Shown: positions 25,300 to 37,184, numbered from the stretch's first letter. The stretch is DNA of 42,910 nt from Klebsormidium nitens (GCA_000708835.1 DF237645.1:1-42910); one strand, 5' to 3'. Program-made: numbers and translations. The notes: generated by a model not told the origin, from the letters alone.

Positions 25300-25883
25300 A
25301 ATCTTGTACTCGCTCTGCCGTGCGCCACTTTTAAAAGCTTTCGCCGTCGAACACACCTCTCTAAAATCTAATCTGTTCAAAGAGCTCAAAGCTTCGACGC
25401 CGGTCGACCGTACTCTAACTTCAAGGGTGCCGAAGCGGCGGAGAACTGCTCCGACAACACAGCCATCTTCCTCTTTCGCCCGATCTCCTGGCAAGCAGCA
25501 GGCCTAAGGTAAGCGACAGGCGCCCCCCTGGTCATACGCGGGCGTATGGACTGCGTCCGCCCATGTTCATGGTCCAGGTGTATTGTGCTAGTACCCTGCT
25601 TCATACCTTTGAGTCATCGTGCTGCGTCTGATCCGTGGATGGGACATTTTGGAAGGATCATGAACGATGGCCTCCAGCGCCTGGCAGGTTCCTGCTTCTC
25701 CTCCACCGTTACCGCTGCTGTCAGGACAAGCAGACGGGGCGGCAAAACCCTTGAATTGTTTCAACTCAAGCGGTAATGGTTTCTGAACGCGCATGTCCCC
25801 CGCATGGTTTCACCTGAGTGTTAAATCGTTTGGGTTCGTCGGTTTGCAGGCGCTCACCAGCTACTGCAGCAGGTTCAGGCAGC

Positions 25884-27128
25884 ATGGGGCACTCAGCAGT
25901 GTGGAACTCTCACCCCAAGCAGTATGGTGCGGGAGGGCGCCTGTGGTAAGCCACAACTTCTAGCGACCTACTCAGTCAATACTTGTGGGCACAACCTCGC
26001 GATCCCCATTGTGAGATTGCCGGTGTAAAATAAGCAGGGGAGTAGCGGGGTTGATGTTCCTTAGCCAAGGGCGGCAACTTTGGCAAGAGTATGCCTCCTG
26101 TGAATGATGGGCAGATTTTGGAAAGTCCATATGGCCTTGCGTAGGGCATCGGCCTGACTTGACAATTTGTGGAGGACAGTAGTGTGGGATGATGCGCTTA
26201 GTTGGTTTGACCTTCTACAATCAAGCCCTGGTTATAGGCCGGCCAGAACATCGAAAGTCCGGAGAGTAATGCAAGATCAAGATGCCGGAGCTATACAAAT
26301 CTTGATGATTGGTGACCTTGTCCATGTGTCAATTTGGAGACTGATAGGACCAGTGCTGCAGTCTGGCCTGTTGAAACTGCATAGCTTGACATAGTTTGTA
26401 GCTCAGGGGATCTTATGTTGTTCTGCTGCTGTGCGCTTGAGCAAGGGGCCTAGACGCTGGCTCAGAGCCATTTTCAGTGTATTTTTCTGTGCCGATGAGG
26501 GGGCGAGCATTTAATGGTTGGCAGCTTGCAAGATTTTGGGATAACCGGGTTTGTGGGGCAGACAAAGCAGGCGTGATGCATCCTGTGAAGTACAGGCCTT
26601 CCAGTGGGCCACTGCGGTTGGTATGTGCAACTGCACATAATGGCTCCCGTAGCGGCCGACCACTGTACAGCAGGACTATAGCAAAAGGTCTGGCCCCCCT
26701 GGGGCCCCCCCTAGTGGAGGGTTCGAGCCTTTCTTTGATCCCGGCTTTGCTGTGACATCTGCAGCCGAGTATGCGGCAACGGGCACGGGTTGGTCCGGAA
26801 GTACAACCTGAACCTGTGCAGGCAGTGCTTCAGGTCCTACAGCAAGGACCTTGGATTCATCAAGGTGAGAGCCGGGGCTGCGGGCGGGTGGGAGCCGCCA
26901 ACCAGAACACCCACGTGCATTCTCTTAATGGCGGGGACTGCACACAGAATCAGGGTCGTCAAGCAGTTGCATGTTGTAGGGAGGCTCCCTTTTCCACATT
27001 CATCTTACAGGCAGGATTTTGTTTGGCTGCAAGGTTGTCCGGGAATTTGTCATGTATGAGTGAAAGGCTTTTTGTATGTCTTGCGGCAGGAAAGCTGACT
27101 TCTATTCGTCTTCTTGCAGTACAAATAG
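25884..27128 (+). CDS. RPS29: 40S ribosomal protein S29 (uS14), 3 coding exons, 56 aa
   Basis: Exons 25884-25945, 26765-26864 and 27120-27128 give [56 protein letters not shown], with the CxxC...CxxC Zn finger. Confidence 0.98.
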
Positions 27129-28672
27129 ACATTTTGAGAATCTGTGGAGCACGGAGAAACTTTGGGAGGAGGAGGGCGGACTGCCAGCCACGAGATGGAC
27201 TGATTCATGTGAGGCAATGTTTGCATAGCAGTGGAACTTGTGCAAAGTTGGAGGTTTCAAGGATACAATCAGATTGTCTGTTCCAGCCAAAGCCCTGGAA
27301 CGACGGCAGCTTCTGCTCGGTCAGTCTTCCCCTTTATGTGACCATGTCATTGTCCTTTCCCATGCAAGCATTCGTTTCTTCTCTCAGCTTTTAACTATGG
27401 AAGCTGAACGTCGGAAACGGGTTGGTGCACCAGCAATGATCCAGCAGCCAGCAGCCAGATCCAGTGGCACGTGGCTGAATGTGGTTGGCTGGTCATCTGG
27501 CATCTATTAGGGGCGTCCTTCACAGACTCCACTGACCATGCATGATCTTGTGAGAGACAAAATACTTTACACTGGCCATGGTGCTGGCCGGCTTCATTGT
27601 CCTTGTTTTTCACTTGCATCATGGACTATTGCAATGGTGACCCTTTGCGAGCCTGTGCATCGGCGTCGACAAGTTGCATGCTGTACCCATCATTGCGACC
27701 AGTGCAGTGCCAGGGCTGTTGCATACCTCCATGCTACATACGGCCGCTGGCAGCACTATACAGACGTAGGCAAATGTTCAGAGTGGAAGCAGGCTATGGC
27801 CCATCGTTCAAATGGCCACGACCGAGACGCATCGGATTGAAGATGAATATTAGCAATTCGAATTCCGCAGCATTCAATCATATGCGCAACGCAAACTTAG
27901 ATATATGAGTCTGATGATCGATCTGAGCCTATAGCGGTACTAATTCACACTGGTACGCGTGGTCCAATATATGTCCATCTAATTAAGCTTGACCGCATGC
28001 GCGCTGCTGCAGGCATGGATGCCGCGCGCCCATGCAGTAAGTCTAATAAATCTGGTAAATAGCTATCATGGCGCCAGCGCGCATAAAATTTGAGCGCAGG
28101 CGCATACTATGATAATCTGCTGGCCATGCACATGGTGAAAGTACCTGCTCGAGATCCGACGCGGTTGAATGAAAGCTCGTAAATGCTATATATCCGACCA
28201 GGACGTGTTCTATACTAGCTGTCATCCCTGGCTCCGTGGATCGTGACTCAGTAATGATACTATAATGTCGCTGGGCAATGATGCACATTTTCAATATGTA
28301 CGTACGTACTAACTGCAAGTGGATCCAAGTTTCAAAACGAGCCTGGCTGCCCGTGAATATTGGACACGTCTTGCTCGTTGAATGATGCACATTTATATCG
28401 GCAGTCATCTGACCGGGGCATAATTGCCACTGAACCATCTGAAAACGTTTCTTCGACATAACAATCTGTGAAATACATTCATATAGGATCGGACTCGAAA
28501 GCCGGGTCTGCAAATCTTACGTGCATGATTGATCTCTTTAATGACATCTGCCCCTAATCAGTAGCCTTTCCTCCGCCCCGGGAGCGAGGCCTTTCAAAGC
28601 TGCTAGAGGCTGGCATGTCGCCCTCAAACCCCTGGTTTGTATCGACGTTCTTTCGTTGGCTCCTAGACATAA

Positions 28673-29136
28673 GGGTAAGGTCATTTTGTAGTGGACCCCC
28701 TATGTTCAGTCCAGAGCCCCTCGANNNNNNNNNNNNNNNNNNNNNNNNNNNNNNNNNNNNNNNNNNNNNNNNNNNNNNNNNNNNNNNNNNNNNNNNNNNN
28801 NNNNNNNNNNNNNNNNNNNNNNNNNNNNNNNNNNNNNNNNNNNNNNNNNNNNNNNNNNNNNNNNNNNNNNNNNNNNNNNNNNNNNNNNNNNNNNCTCAAC
28901 GGACTAAGCCCGAGCCCCCCCCCTCCCGGCCTGTATGAATATGTGTATTTTGTCTGCTATTTTACCCCTCGAAAACAGCATTTTCAGACCGATATTACAA
29001 CAATTTCCGAGCCTGCGGCTCGACCATGGAGGAAACCCCGAGCCCCCCCCCCCTCCCGCTGCCCTCAGGATTCCAAACCCCCAACCCCCACCCTCTGAAC
29101 TGAACATAGGGGGTCAGCTTCAACATGACCTTACCC
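28673..29136. mobile_element. PIF/Harbinger (Tourist-like) TIR element; true size unknown because it spans the assembly gap
   Basis: 44-bp TIRs at 28673-28716 (GGGTAAGGTCATTTTGTAGTGGACCCCCTATGTTCAGTCCAGAG) and 29093-29136, 39/44 identical. TAA flanks both sides (28670-28672 and 29137-29139). Confidence 0.88.
28725..28894. other. Assembly gap (170 N)
   Basis: Run of N between the two TIRs. Confidence 1.
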
Positions 29137-29882
29137 TAAGGCACGTCTTCCTCAGGTCCACTCTTCATTAAAGGGAAAACCATCTCAGGGATTGTGGTAA
29201 AAACCTACGCAAACAATCAGCAAATAAGGAGCTCAATTACGCGTCTAGGACGTCACGGCCCTTACTTCGAGCTGTCCTTCGTTTCCAACGAGAAGGACAC
29301 GAGCATTCAGTTTCAATTCGGCAATGAGAATCAACAAATGTTTACCCAAAAAGGCGACTGATCATGATCGCAGATGATCCGCAATCCTATTTGAAACTAA
29401 ACGCATATGGAACAGACTGACCGAAAAATAATGCCTTGGGATGCCCATCAAAGAAGCAGTTACTGAACCCGTGACGCGGCAAAGCCTTCTGCGGAGAGCA
29501 AACACCAACGATGTCGTCAACCTTGGAATATTTTCCAATTACCATCTTTAGAAGAGTAACCCGTGTTTACTAAAGCAAGGAAATTTGACCAAGCATAAAC
29601 ACACAGACCGACTAAAGCTCGTCCCATACCTTCCCCGGACTGGATCGGCAGCGGCCCCCTTTGTGCGCGTTCCCCTGGTCCGCACGAGATGGGGAGTGCC
29701 GACGTTCTCCGTCCGCTGCGTGCAGCCCCCCTCTTAGAGCTCCCCCACCCAGCCGCTTTATCCAATCACCGTTGCATTTTGGCCGCTACCGCGTCCGCAC
29801 CAATCCGCTTCTTCAGTACTCCAATCCGCGTCAGCTCCACGTGCATGAGCAGTCCTCACCACTGCGCCCCGTCGCTTCGTGC

Positions 29883-32800
29883 CTAGTGCCCCGCTGCTAC
29901 AGCGTACCTCGCCTGCTCCTCCTCCTCGCCCTGCCGCAGGCCTGCCCCGCCCCGCCCCACCACCTTCGACGGCCGCCCGGCCTTCAGCGCTGGCCGCATC
30001 CTGTGGCCCCTCCCTGGCGCCACCCCTTCCATCTTATCTGCAGCCGGGCTGCCCGCTCGCCCGCTCGTAGCAGGGGTCTCTTGCCGCTCATCCGTTGTCG
30101 GAGCCGCGGACGACGCCTCTGCCCCGCCCTCCCGGTGGTCGGCCCCCGGGTTGCGCTGCGCGGCTGCCCGCGCGGCCTCCTGCTGTTGCAGCCAGGGCAG
30201 GTGCAGCCCGTTCTGCACCTCCCATGGACGGAACACCCCGGCCGCATGGTCCGCCGCTTTCTCTGCCGGGCTGCGCCGCTTGCTCGGCCACTCTGTCAGG
30301 ATGCGCAGCTGCGGGCCTGACCCCGGCGTCTCGTCCCGGCTGGCCCCGCCCGACTCTTTCCCTGCACTCGACGCCGGCTGCTCGCTTGTCTGGGCGGCTA
30401 CCAAGGCTTTCCCAGGGACCTTCGCGCGACGCACCGTTTCCTGTGCTGCCGCAAGACCCGCCTCTACCTTTTTGAGAGATTTTTTCTCTGCCCCTTTGCC
30501 TTTCCGTTTCGGAGGAGGTGCTCCAGCGTGCTCCTCACCATCGCGCCTTATGCTTGACGCATCCTCATCAGTGGCCGCTGCCCCCGGCCGTGCTTCCAGT
30601 GCAGGCTGGGCGTCTTTCGGTGTTTCCTCTCCCTCTGCAACTTGCGCTACAACCTTCCTAGGCCTGCCTCGTTTCTTGGGGGGGTTCGCTGCCACGACCT
30701 CCTCTGCTTTGCCATCCTCCGCTGAAGCATTCAACGTTTTGACATCAGCCCCCTCTTTGACTGCCGCCTCCTTTTTCTTGCGCCCCCGCTTGGCCGGCGC
30801 CTTGTCCGCTGCTGCCGCCTGGTTGGTGTTACCCCGGCTGGGGCGGCCGCGACCGCGGAGGGGCTTGCCCTTGGCGGCCAGCAGCGGCACCGCCTCCGCC
30901 AGGGTAAACGCAAACATATCGCGGGGGCCCTGCAGCAGAGCGCAGGGGGCAGGGTCAGGCGACGAGCAGGCACCGGGACAGCCTCGACGGGAAGACAGAG
31001 TGCAGAGACACGCATTGGAGCGTTCACTGTTCCTGGCGACAGTCCCCGCCAGGCAACGTCAACTGCACTCCAAGGGTGCATCATGCGCTGTGCTGTCATG
31101 CCCAAGGACAGCAAGCAGCCCGCAACGGGAATCGGCATCCGAGGCAATTATACAATCATGCACAACCCAGCCACCACCCCACACATCCCAGTCCTCACTT
31201 GCCGAACGTTAGGCATGCGCCTCTGAGCACCATTCCCGAAGCCTCCAGTCCCAGCGCCTCGGTTGGTGCACCGAAGCGAGGGGCTCGGAACTCACCGGTG
31301 GCAGGGAGGCGGCGTTGCCCGCGTGCTCGACGTACGGCCCGAACCTGCCCAGGCTGAGCGACACGGGGCCGCCCAGCGCCGGGTGCTCGCCCAGGGGCAG
31401 CGGCAGCGCCAGCAGCTGCAGCGCGCGGGGCAAATCCACGTCGGCCCCGAGGCCCTGCAGCCCCAGCAAGGGACAAGGGCAGCGTCAGCAGAGGGGGAAC
31501 CCAAGAGAGCGAGAGGGACAGCGCATTGCAGGCCGGCACGAGTCCGACCACGCGCGCGAGCAGGGCGGCCGGCACAGGAGAGAAGAACCTGCAACCTTCA
31601 GGGACTCTCAAGATGCTGACACAATTTGTTGCTCCATCATGGACCACGTGGCCTGTCCATTTTGACACTTTGGAGGAAACATACCAGCTTCAAGGGCTGC
31701 GACTGTCAAGCAGACAGCTAACTTTTATGCACTCCTCTGACAAACCCTGGGAAGATTGTCAAGTCGAATTTGGCAGACAGGCACACACAAACAGTCCGAC
31801 TTTGACAAGCTTTGCACGTTTTCGAACATGCGCGCCGTCTCGAGTGGCGAACCCATCATGTTAGCGGCGGCGCGGCGTGGGCTGACCTTGGGCAGCGCGA
31901 CCCGCTTGGGCTTGGCCTTGCCCTGCGCCTCCCCCAGCTGCAGGTACGGCCCGTACGGCCCCGTGCGCAGGCTCACCGGCAGCCCCGTCACAGGGTCGTC
32001 CCCCAACACCACCGGGCACCCACCGGCCGTGGACATGTCTAGCGGGCTGCGCCAGCCACGAGTCGGAGTGTTAGTTGCGGGACAAGACCGCAAGGACGGC
32101 GCGACTAAAAGAGGGTCTGGCATACACTGTGTAAGACGGCAAGCTGCTGGTGAGGGAGTCAAGGGTACAGTTGCGTGACTGTCGGCCGGGACTAGCACTA
32201 GCCTGTAACAGACAGAGCTTTCGTACGCTGGTGTCTCGAGGGAAATTTTCAGGCATTCACACAGTGAGGACTGAGAGGGGCAAGCGCGCATTGCCGCCCC
32301 GGGTCTGCTGCCTGACCACGAAAAGGGTGCATCGTCGCTTAGCCGCCCGGGCCAACGCACCTGCCGAAGGTGAGCGGGAGGCGCGCAGTACATTCGGGGT
32401 AATGGGAGCAGCCGAGGAATCCGCCCATCTTGCTCAGCTTGAGCTCCAGCTGGCCCTGCCCGCACACGGGGCACGCGCGCGGGTCTGCGCCCTTCGCGGC
32501 CGGAGCGGGAAACAGCCAGTCGCCAAACGCCGCCTCCAGGGCGTCCTCCACCTGCCCAAAGAGAAATGACAAGGATGGGGGCGAGGATGGCCAGGGACCG
32601 AGGCTACACTGTGTCTACCCCAGTCACAAATCATGTCACACCAAGTATGTCAATTTGCCCCATTCCCCGCTGCTCGACAACACCCAGACCCTGAAACCTG
32701 TGCTGCATTCTCTGTGCCGTGCTGACCTGCTGCTTGGAGATGGCGGCGGTGTCGTTGATGGCGGCCTGCAGGTCGGTGTGGAAGGCGGAGAGCACGGCCT

Positions 32801-35800
32801 TGTACGGGCACGCGCCCGCGGTGATGTCGTCCAGCTGCGCCTCGAGCTGCGCGGTGAAGGCCGTGTCGACGTAGCGCGGGAAGTAGTGCTGCAGGAACGC
32901 GGCGACCAGCAGGCCGCGCATCTCGGGGACCAGCCGCCGGCCCTCCTTGCGGACGTACGCGCGCTCCACCAGCGTGCGCAGCGTGGACGCGTACGTCGAC
33001 GGCCGGCCCACGCCCGCCTCCTCCAGCGCCTTCACCTGCACACCATACCAAACGGAGCGCAGGGTTGGACCAAGGGGGCCAGCGGGGCACACGGAAGAAA
33101 CAGAGAGCATCTCTGTCATTCACTGACTGCCAAAGCCTGTCGTCTGCCGTGAGCGAAGAAAAGGGCTCCAACAGAATGGTGTCCCCATCAGGTTTGGTCA
33201 CGGCCTTGATCCCCTTCGGAGAGAATAGGGGCCTTACTCCCCCACATTATCGTGTAGCAACATCTTTTCAGTAAGGGGGATAAGAGACTTCGCCGCTTGT
33301 GGAGCATCCGGTGCAAGCGAAGGCTATATATGTAAGTTCATCCTGGCTGTGTGCTGCTCCTCACCAGTGTGCCCTCAGTGAAGCGCGGCGGCGGCTGCGT
33401 AAAGTGCTGGTCCGGGGTGACGGCCCCCACGGCCACTGCCTGCCCCACAGCGAGCCGCTCCAGCCCCGCTCTCTTGCCCGGCACAGCATCCTCGCCGCTC
33501 TCCGCCTCGTCTGTTTCAGGGACCTGTTCCCGCGCGAACCGGGAGCCCACCTCGGCGTCGCTGTGCACTGCGAGGTGCCCCGGGAACTGCACCTCCGACG
33601 CGACAGCGTGCAGGCGCACCGCCTGGTCGGCACTGGCCACGTCCACTGCCAGCTGCGCGTATACCGCGCTTGCCATCTGGCACGCCGCAGTGCGCCGCCA
33701 GATGAGGCTGTAGAGCCGCAGCGCGCTGGGGTCCACCCGGCCGGCGAGTGCGCTGGGCAGCACGGCCATGTCCGTGGGCCGGATGGCTTCGTGCGCCTCC
33801 TGCGCGTTCTTGGCCTGGCTCTTGTACACCCGCGGGCGAGCCGGCACATACTCTGGCCCGTAGCGCGCAGCCACTGTGGCACGGATGGCGGTGACGGCGT
33901 GCGAGGAGAGCGTCGTGGCGTCGGTGCGCATGTACGTGATGAGGCCCGCGCCGGTGTCGGCCCCCTCGTACAGCTTCTGCGCCAGGGCCATGGTCTGCGC
34001 TGCACCCAGGCTCAGCTTGGCGCTGGCCTCCTGCTGCAGCGTAGACGTGGTGAAGGGCGGGGGAGGGCTGCGCTCTACCTGCAACCAAAGGCCAGCACGC
34101 GTGTCAGGTTCAGGAAAGCCAGAAAGCGAACAGGTTCGACACTGGGTAAACTGGTGGAAGCACTGGCCCTCGACCTACCCGCCAGCTCCCCCACCTGCCC
34201 CTAGCTGCCATCCAGATCCAAAGTATGATGCAACTATCAGCAGAGTCGACATTGGCTGAGCCGAAAGGCGAACTACTGCTGGCTTGTGATACCTTTTCGT
34301 AAATCTAAAGTCGACGGCGAAATGCCCCTAAGATCGGCCTCCCTCCCCCCTTGCACCCTCACCTTGCTCCTCTTCACCTCCGCCACCTCCAGCCTGGCCG
34401 CCCGCACCCTGCCCGCAGCCTGCTGCGCGTCCTCCTCTGTGGTCAGCCCAAACTGGCCCAACTTGCGCGCGTCCAGGTGCGTCAGCGCCGCCTCAAAGAC
34501 ATCCCCCGTTGGCCCCGTGAGGCGTGCGGCCACGGACCAGTGCTCGCGGCTGACAAAGGTGCGGATGGCGTGCTCGCGGTCTGTTACAAGGCGCAGCGCC
34601 ACGCTCTGCACGCGGCCCGCGCTCTTGCTGCCGGGCAGCTTGCGCCACAGCACGGGGGACAGCCCAAAGCCCATCACGTAGTCCAGCGCGCGCCGCGCCA
34701 GGTATGCCTCCACCAGCGGAGTGCTTACATCGCGTGGGGCGGCCAACGCGGCCAGCACCGCATCACGCGTGATCTCATTAAACGCCACGCGGATGACCTG
34801 AGCAGAAGGTTAGGCGCTCTTGTAGAGGGCCATCAAAGAGGGCCCGAAGCGAGGAGGGCCCGGTATGCGCTGAGGGGGAGATGCAAAACGCGAAACATAC
34901 GAGGCCACACCTCTGAGGAGGAGGTACATAGACGCAACGGAGAGACTGCAGGACATCACAGAGCTACTGCGCAGCACCCACCTGCTTTTCGATCGCGAAG
35001 ACACAAGTCTCTTAGTTCTTGTCCCCAACATAGAATCTGCTTCCTAGCACAGCAGGTGCTGACAGATCGTCGCTCTGGTCATACGTCTTCTTTGAATCCC
35101 CACCCAGGTGATACGCCCTTCTTGAAGGGGATAAAGCACGTAACTTGAAAAGTGCAACAACTTCCAACTTGCATACATTCAGACCTCTTCCTCTAGGTGC
35201 TTTTTGTAAGGACCTCCGTGGCGCCCAGAGGAAAACTTTTATTCAAAAATGCTAAAGACCTGGCCTCTAAGCCGACTTGAAGAACAAAGCACTGAGTCTC
35301 ATCCGGCCTCGGCAGCCAAGACCTCCGCAGATGCACAGTGGTTGTCCACTGAAGATCTCTATGTTGACTCTGCGGAGCCATGACTCCGCTGTCAGTGCGC
35401 TTGCCCTCACCTGGGTGTTGTTGAGCGCCCCCGCCTCCCTCAACGTCTCCTGCAGGTGCCACGCGATGGCCTCCCCCTCCCGGTCCGGGTCGCTGGCCAG
35501 CACCAGCAGCCGCTTCCCACGCAGCGCCGCGCGGATGGCCGCCAGGCACTTGTGCGCCTTCACCGGCACCGCCCACGTCATGGCCCACTCATTGTCCGGC
35601 TGCACGCTGCCTGGCGTTGGTGCCAAGTCGCGCACATGGCCATAGCTGGCCAGCACCGCGTAGTCGGGCCCCAAGTAGCGCCCCACCGTGGTGGCCTTGC
35701 TGGGCGACTCCACCACCACCAGCGCATGTGCCGCGCCGCTGCCACCACCGCCAGTGCCACCACCAGCGCCACCACCTCCACCATCGCCCTTGCGGGCGGC

Positions 35801-36115
35801 GGCGCGCGCAGAGAACGGCCGCGAGGGCAGCCCAGGTAGGGAGCGATCCAGGCGGAGGTGAACAGGCGCACACAGCGTGTAATAGGCAGGCAACAGGGCA
35901 GGTTGACAGAGAGCAAGCTGGCGGCCCAGGAATTGGGTGCTCCAGTCGGCGCCCCTCGGGCGAAATGGCGCCTGCATCCGGCCGGGCAGGGGAGGCAGCC
36001 CTGCCGCAGCTACTGGCAATGCCGCAAGCTGCGGGGCACCCGCTGTCCGAACCAGGCCGTGGAAACTCAAATGGCCGCCGAGGAGGCCAGCGGGCATGAT
36101 GTGCATCAAGGCCAT
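29883..36115 (-). CDS. topA: DNA topoisomerase I, type IA, bacterial-type, probably organelle-targeted; 8 exons, ~1240 aa
   Basis: Exons 36115(or 36211)-35411, 34797-34363, 34078-33365, 33035-32727, 32551-32361, 32046-31887, 31454-31296 and 30929-29883 splice in phase. Toprim motifs [18 protein letters not shown] and [15 protein letters not shown]; SAGRVQS; [11 protein letters not shown]; active-site LITYMRTD; [11 protein letters not shown]; GVGRPSTYA; one Zn ribbon (CPVC...GCSHYPEC); two GPYGPY/GRFGPY C-terminal repeats. The Ala/Pro/Arg-rich N-terminal extension resembles a transit peptide. The last ~30 aa are uncertain (possible donor near 29905). Confidence 0.95.
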
Positions 36116-36437
36116 GGTAATGACCCCGCGAAAGGGCGCCTCCAGAACTGGCGGTGTCAAAATGAGCCGTGTTACCTGCAACTGGTAGAGGACCCTGGCA
36201 CCCCCATTCATCAAGGGCAGAGCAACCGCTTGAACGATGCCTACCACAAAGCTTGTCCTAACTTTAAGGCTTGTAAGACAAGCTTGTACAAAACCTACAA
36301 CCCCAACCCAGGGCGCCGCCTTCCGTGGAAAACCGGATCAAACTTCAAAGCTTTCCTTCGCTTCGAGCAATCTGTTGACATCACAGGTGGGTTTGGTGGA
36401 CGGAAATCTTGGTTATCCCTCAGGAATTATAAAGTCT

Positions 36438-36488
36438 GACACGTGTCACTTCCAGCATGCAAAATCGACACCGAACACGACACGTGGC
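36438..36488. promoter_or_regulatory. Pair of G-box/ABRE-like motifs upstream of topA
   Basis: GACACGTGTC (36438-36447) and GACACGTGGC (36479-36488); both contain ACGTGKC. Confidence 0.3.
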
Positions 36489-36651
36489 TCCTGAACGAGT
36501 AGCAAGCCCGTCATAACCCAATGCGTAACCATGCGGGTTTTGGCTGTTCCCTACTGCAAAGTGAAGCAAATGCTGTCGTCAGGCTGTCGAACCTTCTTTC
36601 TCTCTCATTCTGCGAGTAAGGAAAGTGTCTTGTTTCCCAACGAAATCGGTA

Positions 36652-37184
36652 CCCTGACAAATTTAAAATACCGTATACGCGTCGTTTTCCTACTCCTGAC
36701 AAATTTGTCGAGGGCGTGCGAACTGGCACATTTGACAAAAGGGTTGGCACCGCAGTTGCATCGCGCACCGTACGATCGGCAATGCACGGCCCGATATCGA
36801 CCGTGCGCAACGCGACCGTGTCGACCCACAAAGTTGCTCGCCGCGACCGTCTCAAATTGCAGTACATAAGGGCGGCGCCCCTTATTGGAGGGGGTGGGGT
36901 GGTGGTTCGCGACGGCTTGCCCCGGGCGCAACCAGCACTCAAGTCCCACTAGCATTAGGGTCTCGCACACCGCCCGGGAAGCAACCGGGCCCTCCCTGTG
37001 ACATTAGGGTCTCGCGGGCAACCGAGTGACAACCGGGCACTTCCCAGTGACATTAGGGTGTGGCGGTCACTCTATCCTAGGTTTTTAGTTTGCCCGGTAC
37101 TTCCCTGTGACAACCGCCCGGGGATTCCAATTTTGTCAGGAGTAGGAAAATGACGTGAAAACGGTATTTCTAAATTTGTCAGGG
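36652..37184. mobile_element. 533-bp non-autonomous TIR element (MITE-like) with CCCTG...CAGGG ends
   Basis: ~52-bp imperfect TIRs at 36652-36703 (CCCTGACAAATTTAAAATACCGTATACGCGTCGTTTTCCTACTCCTGACAAA) and 37132-37184. Each carries CCTGACAAA twice. No TSD found (flanks CGGTA | AGCAC). Confidence 0.75.
36953..37110. repeat. Degenerate tandem repeat, 49+49+60 bp, each unit starting CATTAGGGT and ending TCCC(T/A)GTGA
   Basis: Units start at 36953, 37002 and 37051. Units 1 and 2 share CATTAGGGTCTCGC and CAACCGGGC. Confidence 0.8.

Noticed and set aside
26676-26735. GGTTCGAGCC B-box / tRNA-like motif
   Set aside because: No cloverleaf or acceptor stem, and it lies in the 3' part of an intron.
25946-26764. 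Possible intronic C/D snoRNA in RPS29 intron 1 (TGATGA ~26303 with CTGA ~26340; ATGATG ~26104 with CTGA ~26154)
   Set aside because: Box spacing is only ~40-55 nt, with no terminal stem and no recognisable rRNA guide. A snoscan run would be needed to revive it.
28615-29098. ORFs spanning the N run
   Set aside because: Artefacts of translating the gap.
29661-36099. Many long plus-strand and alternate-frame ORFs (e.g. 30151-31212, 33299-34204, 34351-35148)
   Set aside because: Shadow ORFs of the GC-rich topA exons; no motifs and no splice support.
36953-37060. TTAGGG as telomeric or interstitial telomere sequence
   Set aside because: Only three isolated hexamers 49 bp apart inside a TIR element, not a tandem telomere array.
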